Shown: positions 12,362 through 25,085, counted from the first letter of the stretch. The stretch: DNA of 64,000 nucleotides from Eukaryota sp. GEM-RC1 (GCA_040285855.1 JAUFOQ010000016.1:3038001-3102000), one strand, 5' to 3'. Translations and numbers: made by a program. The notes: generated by a model from the sequence alone, not told the origin.

Positions 12362-12997
12362 ATGCTCAAAGTGCCTTTTATCCGTGGATGTACAGCTTCT
12401 CCACTATCTTCCCGTAAGGATGGCCACACTCATCGGTGGCATCTTTACATTAGATCACATACAGTTGCTTTATCTACTTTTTGTTGACAAGGTCATCTTC
12501 TACCTTCATCCAGCTGTTCCCAATCCAATCCGTGTTATCTCCCAACCTCCTTTCCAAATCACTGACACTGGATGGGGGGAATATGAAACTACCATTGCAA
12601 TCTACTGCTTTGGCCTTTCTGAACCCATTCTATGCCGCCACTACCTTAAACTTGGACCTTACGACATCGAAGAATCCCTTAAAATGCCCTCCAAAACTAC
12701 TACAATTGAACAACTTGACTTTATCCTATTAAAGGATGCGTCTCCAGTTCTTAAGAAAGCTGCGGAACTTGCATTGGCTAAAAGGAAGTTGACCGCCATC
12801 ACCCTGGTATTCCCAATTCATACCAATCATTCAATACTGATGACGTTCTTGCCAAAGTAAGAAATGGATCTGAACTTTTAGTTAAAAGACTTGAAAACGT
12901 AAGAGAGAAGACGTCGTTTCTTGAGGATCAGATTCAAAAGGAAACTACTTTAATTAGAAGCTTAGAAAGGAAGGAAGAAGCTATAGAAAAAAGATGA
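12362..12997 (+). CDS. YEATS-domain protein (Yaf9/GAS41-like); frameshifts at ~12480 (T run) and ~12782 (A run)
   Basis: HTHRWHLYIR..VDKVIFYLHP..NPIRVISQPPFQITDTGWGEY, then a C-terminal coiled coil ending at TGA 12995-12997. Confidence 0.88.
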
Positions 12998-13904
12998 CGT
13001 GATGTGGGTTCTAATTTGAGCTTTATTGGATGTTTGTTTTGGAGAATGATTGTTTGTTTATTCATTTCATCACGTCATCATTTTTTCTCAAAGACATCCG
13101 GATCTGAAGATTCCAGAAGTAAATATTTTAGAAAAGTCTGATGACTTGAGTCAAAATATCTTGAAAAATTCAAATTATCGGACAATCCCAAGTCTATATG
13201 AATTTGCACCAGTAACCTGTTCTTTTTAGATTAGACTATTGTTGTTGCTCACTACAGATTTCTAATAATGTCATACGGTGTACACTCTTAAAATATTCAA
13301 AAAAGTATGTCAATTATTTGATTTTGTTTAAATATTGTTTTTTTGGAAGAGTATCATTCACTTAGCCACCAAGAATTTCTGTTCTAGAAGTGATGAATGT
13401 AGTTTTTTTTATATGTCAGATTTAAAAGAAAGATTAGTCAAAGACTTTAAAATGTAGTATTTATCTTGGTCATCCAAATTGATATACTTGTAGTTTTTTC
13501 TGATCCAATCAAGTCGATTGAGTGGAATAAATTAATACTTATTAGAAAATCATAACCTGAAAGGGGACCACCTTCATCTTCAAGTAAAAACATTATAATT
13601 CCTATAGTCCATTCTCTTTTCTTGTTGATGACTTGCTCAAAGTGGTTGCACGAATCTTCACAAAAAAACGTGTTTCTTTGAACTATGAAGATCCTCTCAT
13701 ACCCAAAGAGGAATCTTCAACTATGATGATCCTCTTGAGACTGTGTTTGTTTTACAGTAGGAAAGATGTAGGTTTTTAAGAAAGGTATATTCACTAGCAG
13801 GTTTACAGTAATCGGTATTAATGAAGAACAATGACGTCATCATAAGGAAACTGAAAGACTTTAACAGGAACTATCGCCGACATTTGAAATATAAAAAGAA
13901 CTAC

Positions 13905-14300
13905 AATTATCAAACCTTATAACAGTTTTGTCCTCATAAACGGAACTCACTGCTAATAAAGCATTGGAGATGATTAGGGGAATTGTTGTAAAGACAGGAA
14001 AAACGATACGATGACATATGATCAAAACGTTTGTTCATCCTATTTTTTTACGATTTTTGCGAAATCGTTTAAAAAATTCAATGCACTTTTGCAAAGCGAC
14101 CATAGATTGAACCAACAAAAGGGCATAATTCGTAATCCACATGTTGTACGTGTTGTAAAGCCATCAATGGTTTTTTGTACTTATCCTGTTTGGCTTGTTC
14201 AGAGATGTCTAAAGGGGAAGTTTCAGAGTAAGCATTCTTTAAGCATGGATGTCTGTTTGCCAACATCGATAGACACCAAATCAATGTCTTTGCTCTAAAA
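13905..14300 (-). mobile_element. RLE non-LTR retrotransposon 3' fragment, family B
   Basis: PLDISEQAKQDKY..LCPFVGSIYGRF. 3' part matches 31525-31715 and 47790-47924. Confidence 0.75.
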
Positions 14301-15825
14301 ACTTTAATAATGTCAAAAAAAACTACCTCACACCTATCCAGTAGAAGATTACGTTTTTCAAAATTCACCTTCAAGTCAAACTTGTGTAGTTTCTCTACTA
14401 ATTGAGAGAAATAGAAAGGTAAATTCCGATAAATGGAAAACATAATACATTGAAGTGCGGTTCTTCCATTCAATCATTCTAAACACGAAAGCTAAGTACA
14501 TGCGTGATGGTGCCTTTTTGGGGTCTTTAAAGAATTTTTTGTTTGAGTTTCAGAATCGTTATCCTGTGTTATGGAAACCGAAAGATTTTTTACTTCACTC
14601 ACCTTGTGCATGGTTAATTAGTCTTCAAAATATAATTGATAGCCTTGACTCCAATTTGTGGTCAGAGTTATTTCCTGTTGGGGTAACAGAAATTCAGCAG
14701 AGAAGCATTTTCTCTTTGCCTTTGTGTGTTCGCAAGTTACAGAAGAAGTTTGTTTTGTTTCACGAAAGCTTGGACTTTAAAAACCGTATTAGCTTGGCTA
14801 AGACTAAGAGTCCCGCTTTTTGTGCATTTTTGAATGATATTTCTTCAAGCGCTGCGTCTTCATTTGTTTCTCGTTTGCCAAGAAAATTTTGTTTTAATCT
14901 TAAGGACCATGAATGGCTTATTAACATGAGACTTAGGTTAGGTTTATGGCCTTCAGGTCTTTTGAAGCATTCTCCATGTCTTTGTGGTCGTTCAAAGGCT
15001 TCAAATTTTCATCATTTAGTTAACTGCCATCAATTTATTCATTTTCGATCAATAATCCATAACAGTATCCGGGATACATGTTTAGATATGTTTAAGGCTA
15101 ATGGTTTTCATGGAAAAATTGAACCTTTACTTGCTAATCTTTCTGATCAGCCAAAAGTTGATAGAAGTCGTGGTGATTTGATTGGTCCTTGGTTATCTTG
15201 TCAGGAAATTATTATGGATTTCACGACTGTTGATCCTTGTAATTCAAGATCAATTTCCAAAATTTTTGATGATGATTTTTCTGCTCTTGAAGTGGCTGAA
15301 AAAGGAAAAAATTCAAAGTACTGTCACTTAATTAACCAATTGAATGTTGACAGGTACAATTCTTTTGTGTTTCAACCTTTGCGATGTCGATATACGGTAA
15401 TATTGGACCAGCTGCACAAGGTTTTTTAACTTCCTTTGGTAAATTGTGTTCTGAGTATGGTAAAGCTTTCAATGAAAATTTTTGGTTGAGTAGGTTAACG
15501 TTTGCGTTGTTTCGTTCAATGCACAGATATTTTAATTCAATTTTAGGTAAGTTGTTCGGTGATGGACAGAAGGATCATAGTTTAGATACTTTAGTTATTG
15601 TCTGTTAGTTATTAACTTCTGCAAATGCATTTATTTCACTGACTGATCATAAACCCCGTTTTTTTTCTAAACATACAGTTGTTTGCCTTACACAGTTCTT
15701 CAAATTACTTAAAAATTGATCACATGTAGGACTAATCAATCCAAATAGAGAAACAGCAAAATGTTGAAACACAAATTTGGAATATGATTTTCGATTAAAT
15801 TCTTCTATTTGAGTGTCATACCTGA
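14301..15825 (-). mobile_element. Family A-like RLE fragment, split (14301-14485 and 15665-15825) by the family C insertion
   Basis: Both halves align with consecutive parts of 31800-32105 (FVFQ.FAVSL..; FSIYRNLPFYFS). Confidence 0.75.
14486..15664 (+). mobile_element. RLE non-LTR retrotransposon, family C, 5'-truncated
   Basis: MRLRLGLWP, CLCG..HLVNC, HNSIRD, RGDL, MDFTTVDP, AEKGKNSKY. Flanked by TTCTAAACA at 14477-14485 and 15665-15673. Confidence 0.88.
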
Positions 15826-16607
15826 ATTTATGAAGTAAAGTTCATCTTAGTGATCAAGTAAAACAAACAAAAGTACTGAATCACTTTAGCGACTGATTTG
15901 CTGAGATCCGTCACCGATGCTGTTTTTTCGTTGAGTAATCTTAATTAACACTCAACCTATTTACAACAACACTAAAGTGTACATACCAGTATTAAAACGT
16001 TCGATAACTATTGAGAGATAGAACTCTTCGAAAATGGCAAACAAATCGCAGAAAAATCAACCAAAGGGTTTTCATATTCAAGACACGTTCTGATGGATGT
16101 ATTATCAAGTGATAAACAGTAACAGAGTAAAGTAGTTTTAAATTCGCAAACTTCTTTCAAACTTGATAGCACTTCAATTGACTGATCTGAGACTTCCCTT
16201 CTTTGTCTTGGTAGTTGCGACACCCTAAAAACAGATGCAAAATAGGTGAATGTAATTTGATTTTGAAATTGCGATTGCGATTTAAGCAATCGGAACAATT
16301 ACAGTACTGCAACTCCGATGACAATGGACTTTATAATAAAAAAGTATAAAAACAGTTTAGTAGTTGTGTAAATGGATCTTTCGAATAACATTAGTGTTAT
16401 TTATACATATCATGGCCATAATTCAGCGCTATCTATTACGACAAAGGAGACAATCCAACACAATGAGAGCTTCTGTTCCGTGACATATCAATAGACGTAT
16501 ATAAACTAGTACTAGTATTGATGATCATATGCTCATAAATGAATCTGTGAACGCTTCCAAAACCCACAAGAATGACGTGAAAGAATTGATTGCATCACAC
16601 CGATTAC

Positions 16608-17094
16608 TAGGGTTGTTAAAGGTCACAGGTCACAGGTCAGGTCAATTCATTTGATGACCTTGACCTGACCCGTGACCTGTTACTGTGGACCTTGACCTGA
16701 CCTTTGACCCGATTTATGTGATCTTGACCTGACCTTTGACCTGAATCAGTTGACCTTGACCTGACCTTTGACCTGAAATCTACAATTTACTTTATTCTTT
16801 AACTATCGAAAATCCGTATAAACAAAGTCAAATCTAATGATTTCTTGAATATTAGTGTATACTAAGAGTAAATGGCGTAAGTTAATGTAATTTTGATCAT
16901 TTAAAACAAGAAACTAAGACATAAACTGCCAAATGTTTGACCTTGACCTGACCTTTGACCTGAATGGTAAGACCTTGACCTGACCTTTGACCTGATGTTC
17001 GTTAGCTTGACCTGACCTTTGACCTGAATGGTAAGACCTTGACCTGACCTGACCTGTGATTTTCAGGTCTTGACCTGAACTTTTAACAACCCTA
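16608..17094. mobile_element. hAT MITE (TGACC repeats)
   Basis: TIR TAGGGTTGTTAAA / TTTAACAACCCTA. TSD CCGATTAC at 16600-16607 and 17095-17102. The empty site is present in the paralogous region near 41820. Confidence 0.95.
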
Positions 17095-17410
17095 CCGATT
17101 ACCTTTTCCTCTCTCCATTTTTTTTCTGCTGGTTTTGACATTTACTTTCTAACCAATGTGTTCCAGACTCTCTACTTAACCTTTTGACACTCCCATCGAT
17201 GTTCTCTGCCGTTCCTCAATATCCATCACATACTATATTGTCTGACTTCCAATCCTCCTTCAGTTACCCTCAGTTTACTATCCAGCTTAACCAGGATCAT
17301 CCACAGTTCCAACTACACCCTTCATGATATACATCTCCCAAACCTGTCAGAGAGTGCTCTTGGTGGTCTCCCTGCATGTTCCACTGAGTTTTGAACGTGC
17401 CGCTTTTTCC

Positions 17411-17431
17411 CTTCCGGAAGTGCTATAAAAA
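17411..17431 (+). promoter_or_regulatory. Putative TATA box of the decarboxylase gene, with an adjacent CCGGAAGT motif
   Basis: CTTCCGGAAGTGCTATAAAAA ~70 nt upstream of the ATG. TTCCGGAAGTGCTATAAAA is conserved in copy 2 (~41490-41510). Confidence 0.45.
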
Positions 17432-17492
17432 GGGTTCTTGGTTTTCCTTAGTATCCTTTTCTTTGCTTCTTGCTCCGAGGACCATTCGTATT

Positions 17493-18741
17493 ATGCTTAT
17501 CCAAGAAATTCCCGTAACCAATGAGCTTGCTGTTGACATCCCTGCTCTGAAACAATTAGTTCAGGACAATGTCACCGAAATCCCCGTTGAAGATGCCGTC
17601 ATGCCTTGTGTTGTCCACGAGCCCTCTACCGAAGAGGTCCAGTTCATCAAGGATCTTGTTCTCCAACACGGTTCGCCCCTTCTTGTGCTCAATTGCAACA
17701 TCATCCGTGAACAGTACCGCAAGCTCAAAAATGCCCTGCCCTCTGTCCGTCTTTACTACGCCATGAAGCCTCTCCCAAATGCTGACGTCATTCGTTCCCT
17801 GCTAGATGAAGGTGCCTTCTTTGATGTTGCTACCACTGGTGAAATTGAGCTTGCTGTGTCAACAGGAGTCAACCCTCTTGATTGCATCCACACTCATCCA
17901 ATCAAAAGAGATTGTGATATCTCTGAAGCTCTTAGCCACAACGTCACAACTTTTGTTGCTGACAATGTTGATGAGATTAAGAAGTTCGTCAAGTACAGAG
18001 ATGATGCCCAGATCCTTCTCAGAATTAGCTTCCGTAATCCTGCTGCCAAGGCTGATCTTAGTAAGAAGTTTGGATGTTCCCCTGATAACATCTTCAACTT
18101 ACTCTCCTTAAGTAAAGACCTCGGTGTTACTGTCAAGGGAATCTGCTTCCACGTTGGCTCTCAAACCACTAACCCCAACCTCTATGTAAATGCTGTCACG
18201 AAGTGCAGGGAAATCATTGTCAAGGCTAATGCAATGGGATACAACCTCAGTGTGTTGGATATTGGTGGTGGGTTCCCTATCAACTATGAGACTGTTGTTC
18301 CTGAGATTGATGTGTTCTGCAAGCCAATCAATGAAGCCTTGCAGACTCTGCCTTCGTCTGTCACTGTATATGCTGAACCTGGACGTTTCATTGCTGGTCC
18401 TTCGGTAATGGCTATTAGCTCTGTCATGGGAAAAGCAAGAAGAGATGGTAAATGGTGGTACTACCTAGATGATGGTCTTTATGGATCTTACTCTGGACAA
18501 CTCTTTGATCATACCTTTTACCCTAAAACTGTCATTAGTGAACCTGGTGATTGTGAGCATAGCGTGCTTTCTGGACCTACTTGTGATTCAATTGACGTTA
18601 TTGATGATGATTTCCTATGCCCTGAGCTTAACTATGGTGATTTAGTTATTGGTCATAACATGGGTGCTTATACTTGGGCCACAGCCACTGATTTTAACTT
18701 CTTTAAAAAAAGCCAAATTTGTTGTATTCACCGATACCTGA
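17493..18741 (+). CDS. Type III PLP-dependent lysine/ornithine decarboxylase, copy 1 (extra A near 18710 shifts the last codons)
   Basis: YAMKPLP, HTHPIK, SKKFG, HVGSQ, DIGGGF, EPGR, GPTCDSID, MGAYT. Confidence 0.93.
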
Positions 18742-18921
18742 AATTGTGGTTTAATAAATTTCCTGTTTGTAACTCCCTTTTATCTATCTGTTAGAAATGT
18801 GAAACAGTTATCATCGTACCGTATTCTACTGTTAAACATGGCTCTGGATATTCAAACTTCAACACATGAACATTATCTCACTCAGTCAAAAATTGACACT
18901 AAAGCTGCCAACGATCTGAGT

Positions 18922-19536
18922 CAGGGATGTTCAAAAATATATTGCAACTAAAAATTGATTCACAAAACACTATTACAATGCACAATGATTCTGCAATACA
19001 CTATTACAATACACAATGTTTCTACAATACATTATTACAAAACTGAAATTTAACAATAAATAGTTGTGAAAGTACAAAAATACGTGCAGACACCTACTAC
19101 CAGTATCACAATTGACGTAAAGCGGGTCCCTGTTACTACTAATGTTGTTAAAAGGCTGTCCAATCGATTATCACGAATGTGTCTTAGTCATGAAAGACTT
19201 GAAGCTCAGGAATTCTTGTCAATCAATAGAAGTTATTGGAATCTGAAGGTTGTGAGAGAAATGGTGAATGTACAAAAGATTGATCTTGTTGATGGTTCAA
19301 GTTAGCACAAGACTCTCTTCTATTGATTTTTCTTAAAAATTGGTAATTTTGTTCTTTTGGAGTTTTAATAAAGGAAATATTTGTACTATTAGTATGTATT
19401 AATTTATTGTTGCAAATAAACTCTAAAGTATATTGAAATTGAATTCATATGTGAGTTTAGGTAGTCAAAATTATCCAACAAATAATTGCAATACTCCATA
19501 CAATACGTTGTTCCACTTATTTTTTGAACATTACTA
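18922..19536 (+). mobile_element. Decayed hAT deletion derivative
   Basis: Imperfect TIRs CAGGGATGTTCAAAAA / TTTTTGAACATTACTA. CAATA repeats. Residual hAT C-terminal-like peptide VPVTTNVVKRLS..EAQEFLSINRSYW. No clean TSD. Confidence 0.55.
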
Positions 19537-19665
19537 GTATATGATTTGACCTGGAAAATTCCTAACCGGCTTGATTTTGGCTGTAAGTCAAATCAAATTG
19601 GACACGACTTGGCTTAAGTACTGTACTTGTAAGTAGATCTACAGCAATTCTTATTTTCCTATGTA

Positions 19666-20885
19666 ATGATGTTAACGACTTTCTGTGTTATTGCGTTGGC
19701 TTACCTCCAGTTGCTTTCTTTTCTTGAATCTCATCTTACTTTCTGGACATCAACTCGTTCTGATATTTCTGAGTCGGTAATCACTATAAATCCATTCACT
19801 TCCGACTTCTCCCAATACACTTCCACACCTATATGGTTCACTGGAACTGTAACCGGAACAAATGATATCCACCTACCACACTTTGGTCTGTACTTTAATA
19901 ATTCTGTCTTTCTCTCTCAAACAACTACTACCTGTGGATGGATTGGCCAAGATACTGTCACTAATCACACCATGGCAAGCAACGTCTCTGTTGGCAATGT
20001 TCTGTTTACCTCTAATGCATTTGAATCAGTGTCAAAGCTCCACAAAGCCATTCCTACATTAGACCTTTTGACAACTCACCTGTTTCTCACCAATGTAGAC
20101 GGTCTTCAGCATCTTCTTTCCACTGCTCGTCCTCTCATTCTGTTGCTCTACTTCTTCTTCGTCATGCACTTCATTTGACAGGAGATAGGGATCGACTTGG
20201 TTATTTCATTAGCAAATACTGTAGATTAGGTGAAGTGTCTATATCCTATAAGGACATTGTTAATGGAACAGAAATGACATTCTTGGGAACTTTGAATTCT
20301 AGTGGAGTTTTCGAGCCCTTGATTTTGAAAAATTCAAAAATTAAATATTTTGTTGAGGTAGGAACACTTTCGATCAATGAATTATTTCAGTCGGAGATCT
20401 TTTGGGCCAAATTTTGGCTACGTTTTTGTCGAATCTCCAGTTTTTTAATTTTTTCTTCTTTGGTTCTTGTTTTCTTTGGAGTTTCATGTCGTTCTTGTAT
20501 TTAGTTTCTCCTTGTTTTCAGTCGTGTTCTTTCATGAAAATAATGTTCAACCCATTTTCAACTGTTTCGTTGGATTGTTGTGTTTTGAATTATTTCAAAA
20601 ATCTAAAAAGAGCGTAGCTTTTGTAATCATGTGCTTGTACCTATACATTGCCATTGATGTTTGAAAGAGGGCTTTTGGTTTCGACCACTCCTACTTACAT
20701 CTGTTTTCTCTTACTCTACAATTGATGAGTTTCATGTTTTTTTTCTAGGGTTCTTCTATACCACTTTGTTGTTTCATAGTTTTAAATTGATTGGCGCTAG
20801 TCATTTAGCTGTTTTTGATTTGATGACGTCACCAGTTTTGATTGATCAACTCGGAGATTATTTACTGATTATTTACTCTTACTGA
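19666..20885 (+). CDS. TMEM43-like membrane protein (several homopolymer frameshifts; 3' end approximate)
   Basis: N-terminal hydrophobic segment, PIWFTG..HLPHFG, VSVGN, GEVSISY, GTLSINELF..WLR..R, then hydrophobic segments. Confidence 0.55.
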
Positions 20886-21208
20886 TTGTAAAAGCTGTTC
20901 TTTCTTCTGCATCTGATTGCTTTATCAAATTCAAGTCTTCCTAAAACTTGCGTTTTGATTCGTTAGTGAATTTGTTTAATCAATTTACTAGTGGAAGATT
21001 TGCGTCTTCTTTTTTCTCTTTTTCTTATTGGAAAATTACTACTGGAAAAGTGAACTCAAGGTTGACTTATCTAAGATTGTCAATTTGCATTATCCGATAA
21101 TTATTACAACATATTTTAATATATCTAGCCTAATTTTATAAAACTACATAAAAAAAATGTACAAACATAATAATTGAAATTTGTTAACAGTGCAGAAAAT
21201 ATTGAATA

Positions 21209-22907
21209 CTACGAATGTGAGCAAATCATAGTACAATCAGCGACGTTCATCACCTCACAACCCTCATAATAGCCGTAAAACGATGACGTGTCACCAAAAA
21301 GATAGAATACAGGTCCAGACGGGAAGATTGATAGAGAAACAAGGGCATTGATTAGCAAGCACCAAAATACAGTATTTTTCATATTACCAAATGAATACTC
21401 TAGCTTAAACAATTTCAAAAGAGAAATCTTATCATGGTAATATTCCAGAACGTTTGCGATAAAAACAAGTAATCCCATAACTGGAAAAACTGGTGCACCA
21501 AGACAGCACAGAAACATTCGATATAACAAAGCTTGGTATTCATCAGAAGTATCAAACTCGCTCTTTTCCTTCTTTCCTAGAACCTTCTTTTTTAAAGAGA
21601 GGCCATAGCCATTTGAAAAGGTTGACCACGAACATATCAATGGTAATAATCCAAAAGATCTGAGAAGCCAGAGTGTCAAAGCCACAATTAGTAGAACCAA
21701 TACTACGCTCAAAACACAAACAACCAGCTTCACGGTAAGAAATGTCGAGACGTCGACGTGACCATACCAAAAACCTAGTCAAATACATCACAATAACTGC
21801 AGAAAGCTTTAAAACGTAGACATGAAACAATCTGGCAGCATACTTTGATGTATAAGTCTTATGACGTTCAAACTCAATCAACCGTTTAGCCACTCTTTTC
21901 CAAAAGTAATTAGAAACAGTAAAAAACACTGAGATTAGGACATGGCCTTGGGGAGCATCGGCTAAGAATTGGACTGAAATGTAAGTAAAGGAGGAAGCAA
22001 GGACAAGGGTAGCCAACCAAGCAATAAAGCCAATGAATTGACGGAGAAATCTGATAAACCAGTGGATACCAGCGTTCTCAGGAATAATGTCAAACTTCGT
22101 GTTTTTGAGGCTCTTGGTTCGAGTAAGAGCAGCAACGTTAGAGTCCTCCTTTTCAAACTTCTTCAATGTCTTCTCGTGATGTAACAGATACCTGAAAGGA
22201 AGAGCGAGAGCTATAAAGACATTCAAAGCAACAGAAATATAGAATAGATATCGTATTTGAGGATAGTATCGAGCGGCAGAGAAGATGAGAGGTAGAGTGA
22301 AAAGACCATCGTAGGAGGTGGTGTGCTCCTTAATTTCAGTGATTAGATCACGGAAGTTCAAGTCAGGGAAATCGTCGGTTCCAAGTTGGAGCAGAGAGGG
22401 AATGTAGACGAAGAGACCAGCTAAGAAGAACAACAAGCAATAGCGATGTGTGAACTTGATGAAGTTGAAGTACATGGAGATTCCGAGGCCGAACTTGTGG
22501 CGGATGGTCTTCAGACTGGCATTGAGAGCGACAATCTTGCTGGAAGCGGCTCTTGATAGAGGGGGTGTGAATATACGAGAAGGTGCAGAAGGGAACATTT
22601 GGGATGGGTTGTTGCCGGGTACGGCTGGTTCTTCATCTTCAGAGAGATCAGGAGAGTTGACGTAGCTGATATCAACATCAGATTCTTCTTCGAAAGCAAC
22701 GTGTTTAGCAGAGGTTGGAGTACCGTATTCTACTGTGCAGTCACTCGGGAAGTTTTCCATAGGTACATTTGGGTTGACTCCCCATTGAAATGCATAAGTA
22801 TACTGCTGAATCGGAACTAGAACGGGGCCTAGTTCAGAATAGAACAATTGATATCCAGGTGGAACGTTGAGGTCAAGCACTGGGGTCTTAGAGGAAGAGT
22901 TTCCCAT
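21209..22907 (-). CDS. Transmembrane channel-like (TMC) family protein; frameshift ~21590
   Basis: FGLGISMYFNFIKF, FERH, C.FDTLASQIF, EFDTSDEY..LLYR..GAPVFP. Starts MGNSSSK. Confidence 0.75.
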
Positions 22908-23648
22908 GGTAGTGTCGAAGGAGATCAAAAACAACCCTAAAATAGTCACTAAGCGAAGGTCAAATCTGGTCAATCATTATTGGAACAAATCTGTCCAGGT
23001 TGTTCCCTCCTCAACTGTTGTTCTCCTTAAGAGATATTACCGAATGAACACGTTTGAATGATCATTCTGCTACGATTGTCTATTGAATCGTTCTACAACA
23101 GCAATCTTCCTTGATTTTTTTATCGATAATGTGGTTGTACTTGGAGTACAAACGAATGTATACAAATTTGATTGTTCTTGAAGCTGTTACCACTTAGGAC
23201 AGTAATTTCGTTCTTTGATTGTGCTTTGCGGAAATCGACTGGTGATCAGTTGATTTGATTACTACAGTAGATATTTATAGACCACATTTAGTCTATTTGT
23301 CGTAGAACATGTGCAGAAAAAAATAGATACACAGAATTTTGGTGTATCTTTCTTAAAAGAAACCTCCTAGGTTTCTACTAGGATAGAATTCACGTAGAAG
23401 AGCTCTTGTTGCTCTTTTGGTTGATGATTGAATCCGACAAAATTTAGAAATGTTGACTATTAGGCAGACTAAGCAGCCGTTAGAACAATAGCCTTTCTTC
23501 TGTGTTACTTCCTTAGTCACTGTCTGTTGAGCTCATCCACATTTTACATATTGGTTGTGTACATTAACATCAAAAATAATTTGAAACACAATTGAAATTG
23601 TATAAATAAATTAAAGAGTTGGAATAACTTAGTAAGACTAAAACATCA

Positions 23649-25085
23649 TCACATGATAAATTCTTCAAAATGAATTTGAGCTGATTTGACACCCTTTTCT
23701 TTTGCAAATTTGATTATGGACTTAACCAATGGCTTCGGTCCACAAAGATACACGTCATCATTGCGTTCAATCAAATCTAATTGCGTTCTACTGATTCTTC
23801 CCAACGACGAGCAGACAGTCAGTTGATCAAGTGATTGAAGGTCAGAACTCTGCAATCGAGGGTCAGAAAAGCACAGACAAAAGACAGAACTACCACTCAT
23901 TCTGAGCTCTACTAAATCGTTTTTAATTGGCAACACATCTTCAACATTCCTAAATGACATTAACACCTTAACGTTGGGTATAGGAATCTTATGAAAAGAC
24001 TTACAATGATTCAAATATTTCAAAAGGCTCGAAATTGGAGCTAATCCACAGCCACCTGCACATAACACAATAGACTCCTTGTCTAACAAGTCTTTCCCAA
24101 ACACACCATAATAGCCATCAATTTTGATTACTTGCCCAGGTTGCCATCTACGAGCTTGCTTTCCAATGTTAGAGTTACCACTGATCAACAGCTCATGTTC
24201 ATAGCTTCCTGGAAGCGAGGCAATGGAGAGAGGGTGGGGTAATGGATAGGAAGAGGTCGGATTGGAGAGGATTACGAAAGCAGCTGGTTTGTTACTGATC
24301 TCAGCCAAGTCTTCAGGAGTCATTAAGACTTGGGTTGACCGGTCAGAAAAGACATTAACTGAGGAAACACGAAACTTTTTAGACGACTTTCCAGAAATGA
24401 GATGATAGATACGACTGAACAAGGGGTAGAAGAACACGCAGGAAATCAGAGAGAAAATAATTGAACGGTAAACACTCTGGCGGGTAGAAGTCCAGACATG
24501 AGGTAAACATGCGATGATTAAGATGTAGAAAAGAATATGCAGAGTCCGCCACAGCTTGTAGGGAATATAAGAGAATCTCTTCTTGATTCCAACAGGCAGC
24601 TTCCGAAAAGCAGTTATCAATGTCAACAAGATCATACCAAACAGAGCTATTTGTCCATGAAATACTCTCACGAAAAAAGCGTTACTTGTATTGGGATAGA
24701 ACCAGAAATAGAGTGAATCTTTGAGAGACATTGGGAAAGGAAATGCAGCGACCTTGAGATAAGCATGAACCCCAACAGTTAGAAAGATGGCTATAGGAAG
24801 ATAACGGTGATAAAGCCAGAAATGATCTAGTCCAATGACTCTTTCTAGGGGTCGAAAGCGAGTCCCCAGTGGCACTTGTAAGAACGTCAGAAGTAAGGCA
24901 AACCATCCAAAAGCAGCAGAGAAAGCTCCAGGAAGTTGTTTCTCGAACTCATTGTTATGCGTAAAAAATTCAACAATGACCAAGACGACCAATACAAAAA
25001 CGAATAACAACAGGAGACATATCCATTTGGGGAAGAGAATCCGATTGGGCTTTTTCTGTATCAGTTTTGAGTAAGTAGAAGACAT
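23649..25085 (-). CDS. Ferric reductase/NOX-like membrane flavocytochrome
   Basis: TM domain with paired His (HRYL..H; H..H), HPLSIAS, DGYYG, AGGCGLAP, YLCGP, HFEEF. Confidence 0.85.
   Translation of the reverse strand: MSSTYSKLIQKKPNRILFPKWICLLLLFVFVLVVLVIVEFFTHNNEFEKQLPGAFSAAFGWFALLLTFLQVPLGTRFRPLERVIGLDHFWLYHRYLPIAIFLTVGVHAYLKVAAFPFPMSLKDSLYFWFYPNTSNAFFVRVFHGQIALFGMILLTLITAFRKLPVGIKKRFSYIPYKLWRTLHILFYILIIACLPHVWTSTRQSVYRSIIFSLISCVFFYPLFSRIYHLISGKSSKKFRVSSVNVFSDRSTQVLMTPEDLAEISNKPAAFVILSNPTSSYPLPHPLSIASLPGSYEHELLISGNSNIGKQARRWQPGQVIKIDGYYGVFGKDLLDKESIVLCAGGCGLAPISSLLKYLNHCKSFHKIPIPNVKVLMSFRNVEDVLPIKNDLVELRMSGSSVFCLCFSDPRLQSSDLQSLDQLTVCSSLGRISRTQLDLIERNDDVYLCGPKPLVKSIIKFAKEKGVKSAQIHFEEFIM

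Noticed and set aside
11700..16310. Faint LRR-like remnants at ~11750-11980 and ~15880-16300 (-)
   Set aside because: Too degenerate to support a call by eye.
16620..17080. TGACCTTGACCTGACC arrays, and similar arrays at 9630, 45400 and 49140, as CRISPR or telomeric repeats
   Set aside because: Irregular spacing, no unique spacers or cas genes, and all are enclosed by TIRs with 8-bp TSDs.
17199..17327. 42-codon ORF upstream of the decarboxylase as a polyamine-sensing uORF
   Set aside because: It lies upstream of the putative TATA box, and its presence in both copies is explained by recent duplication.
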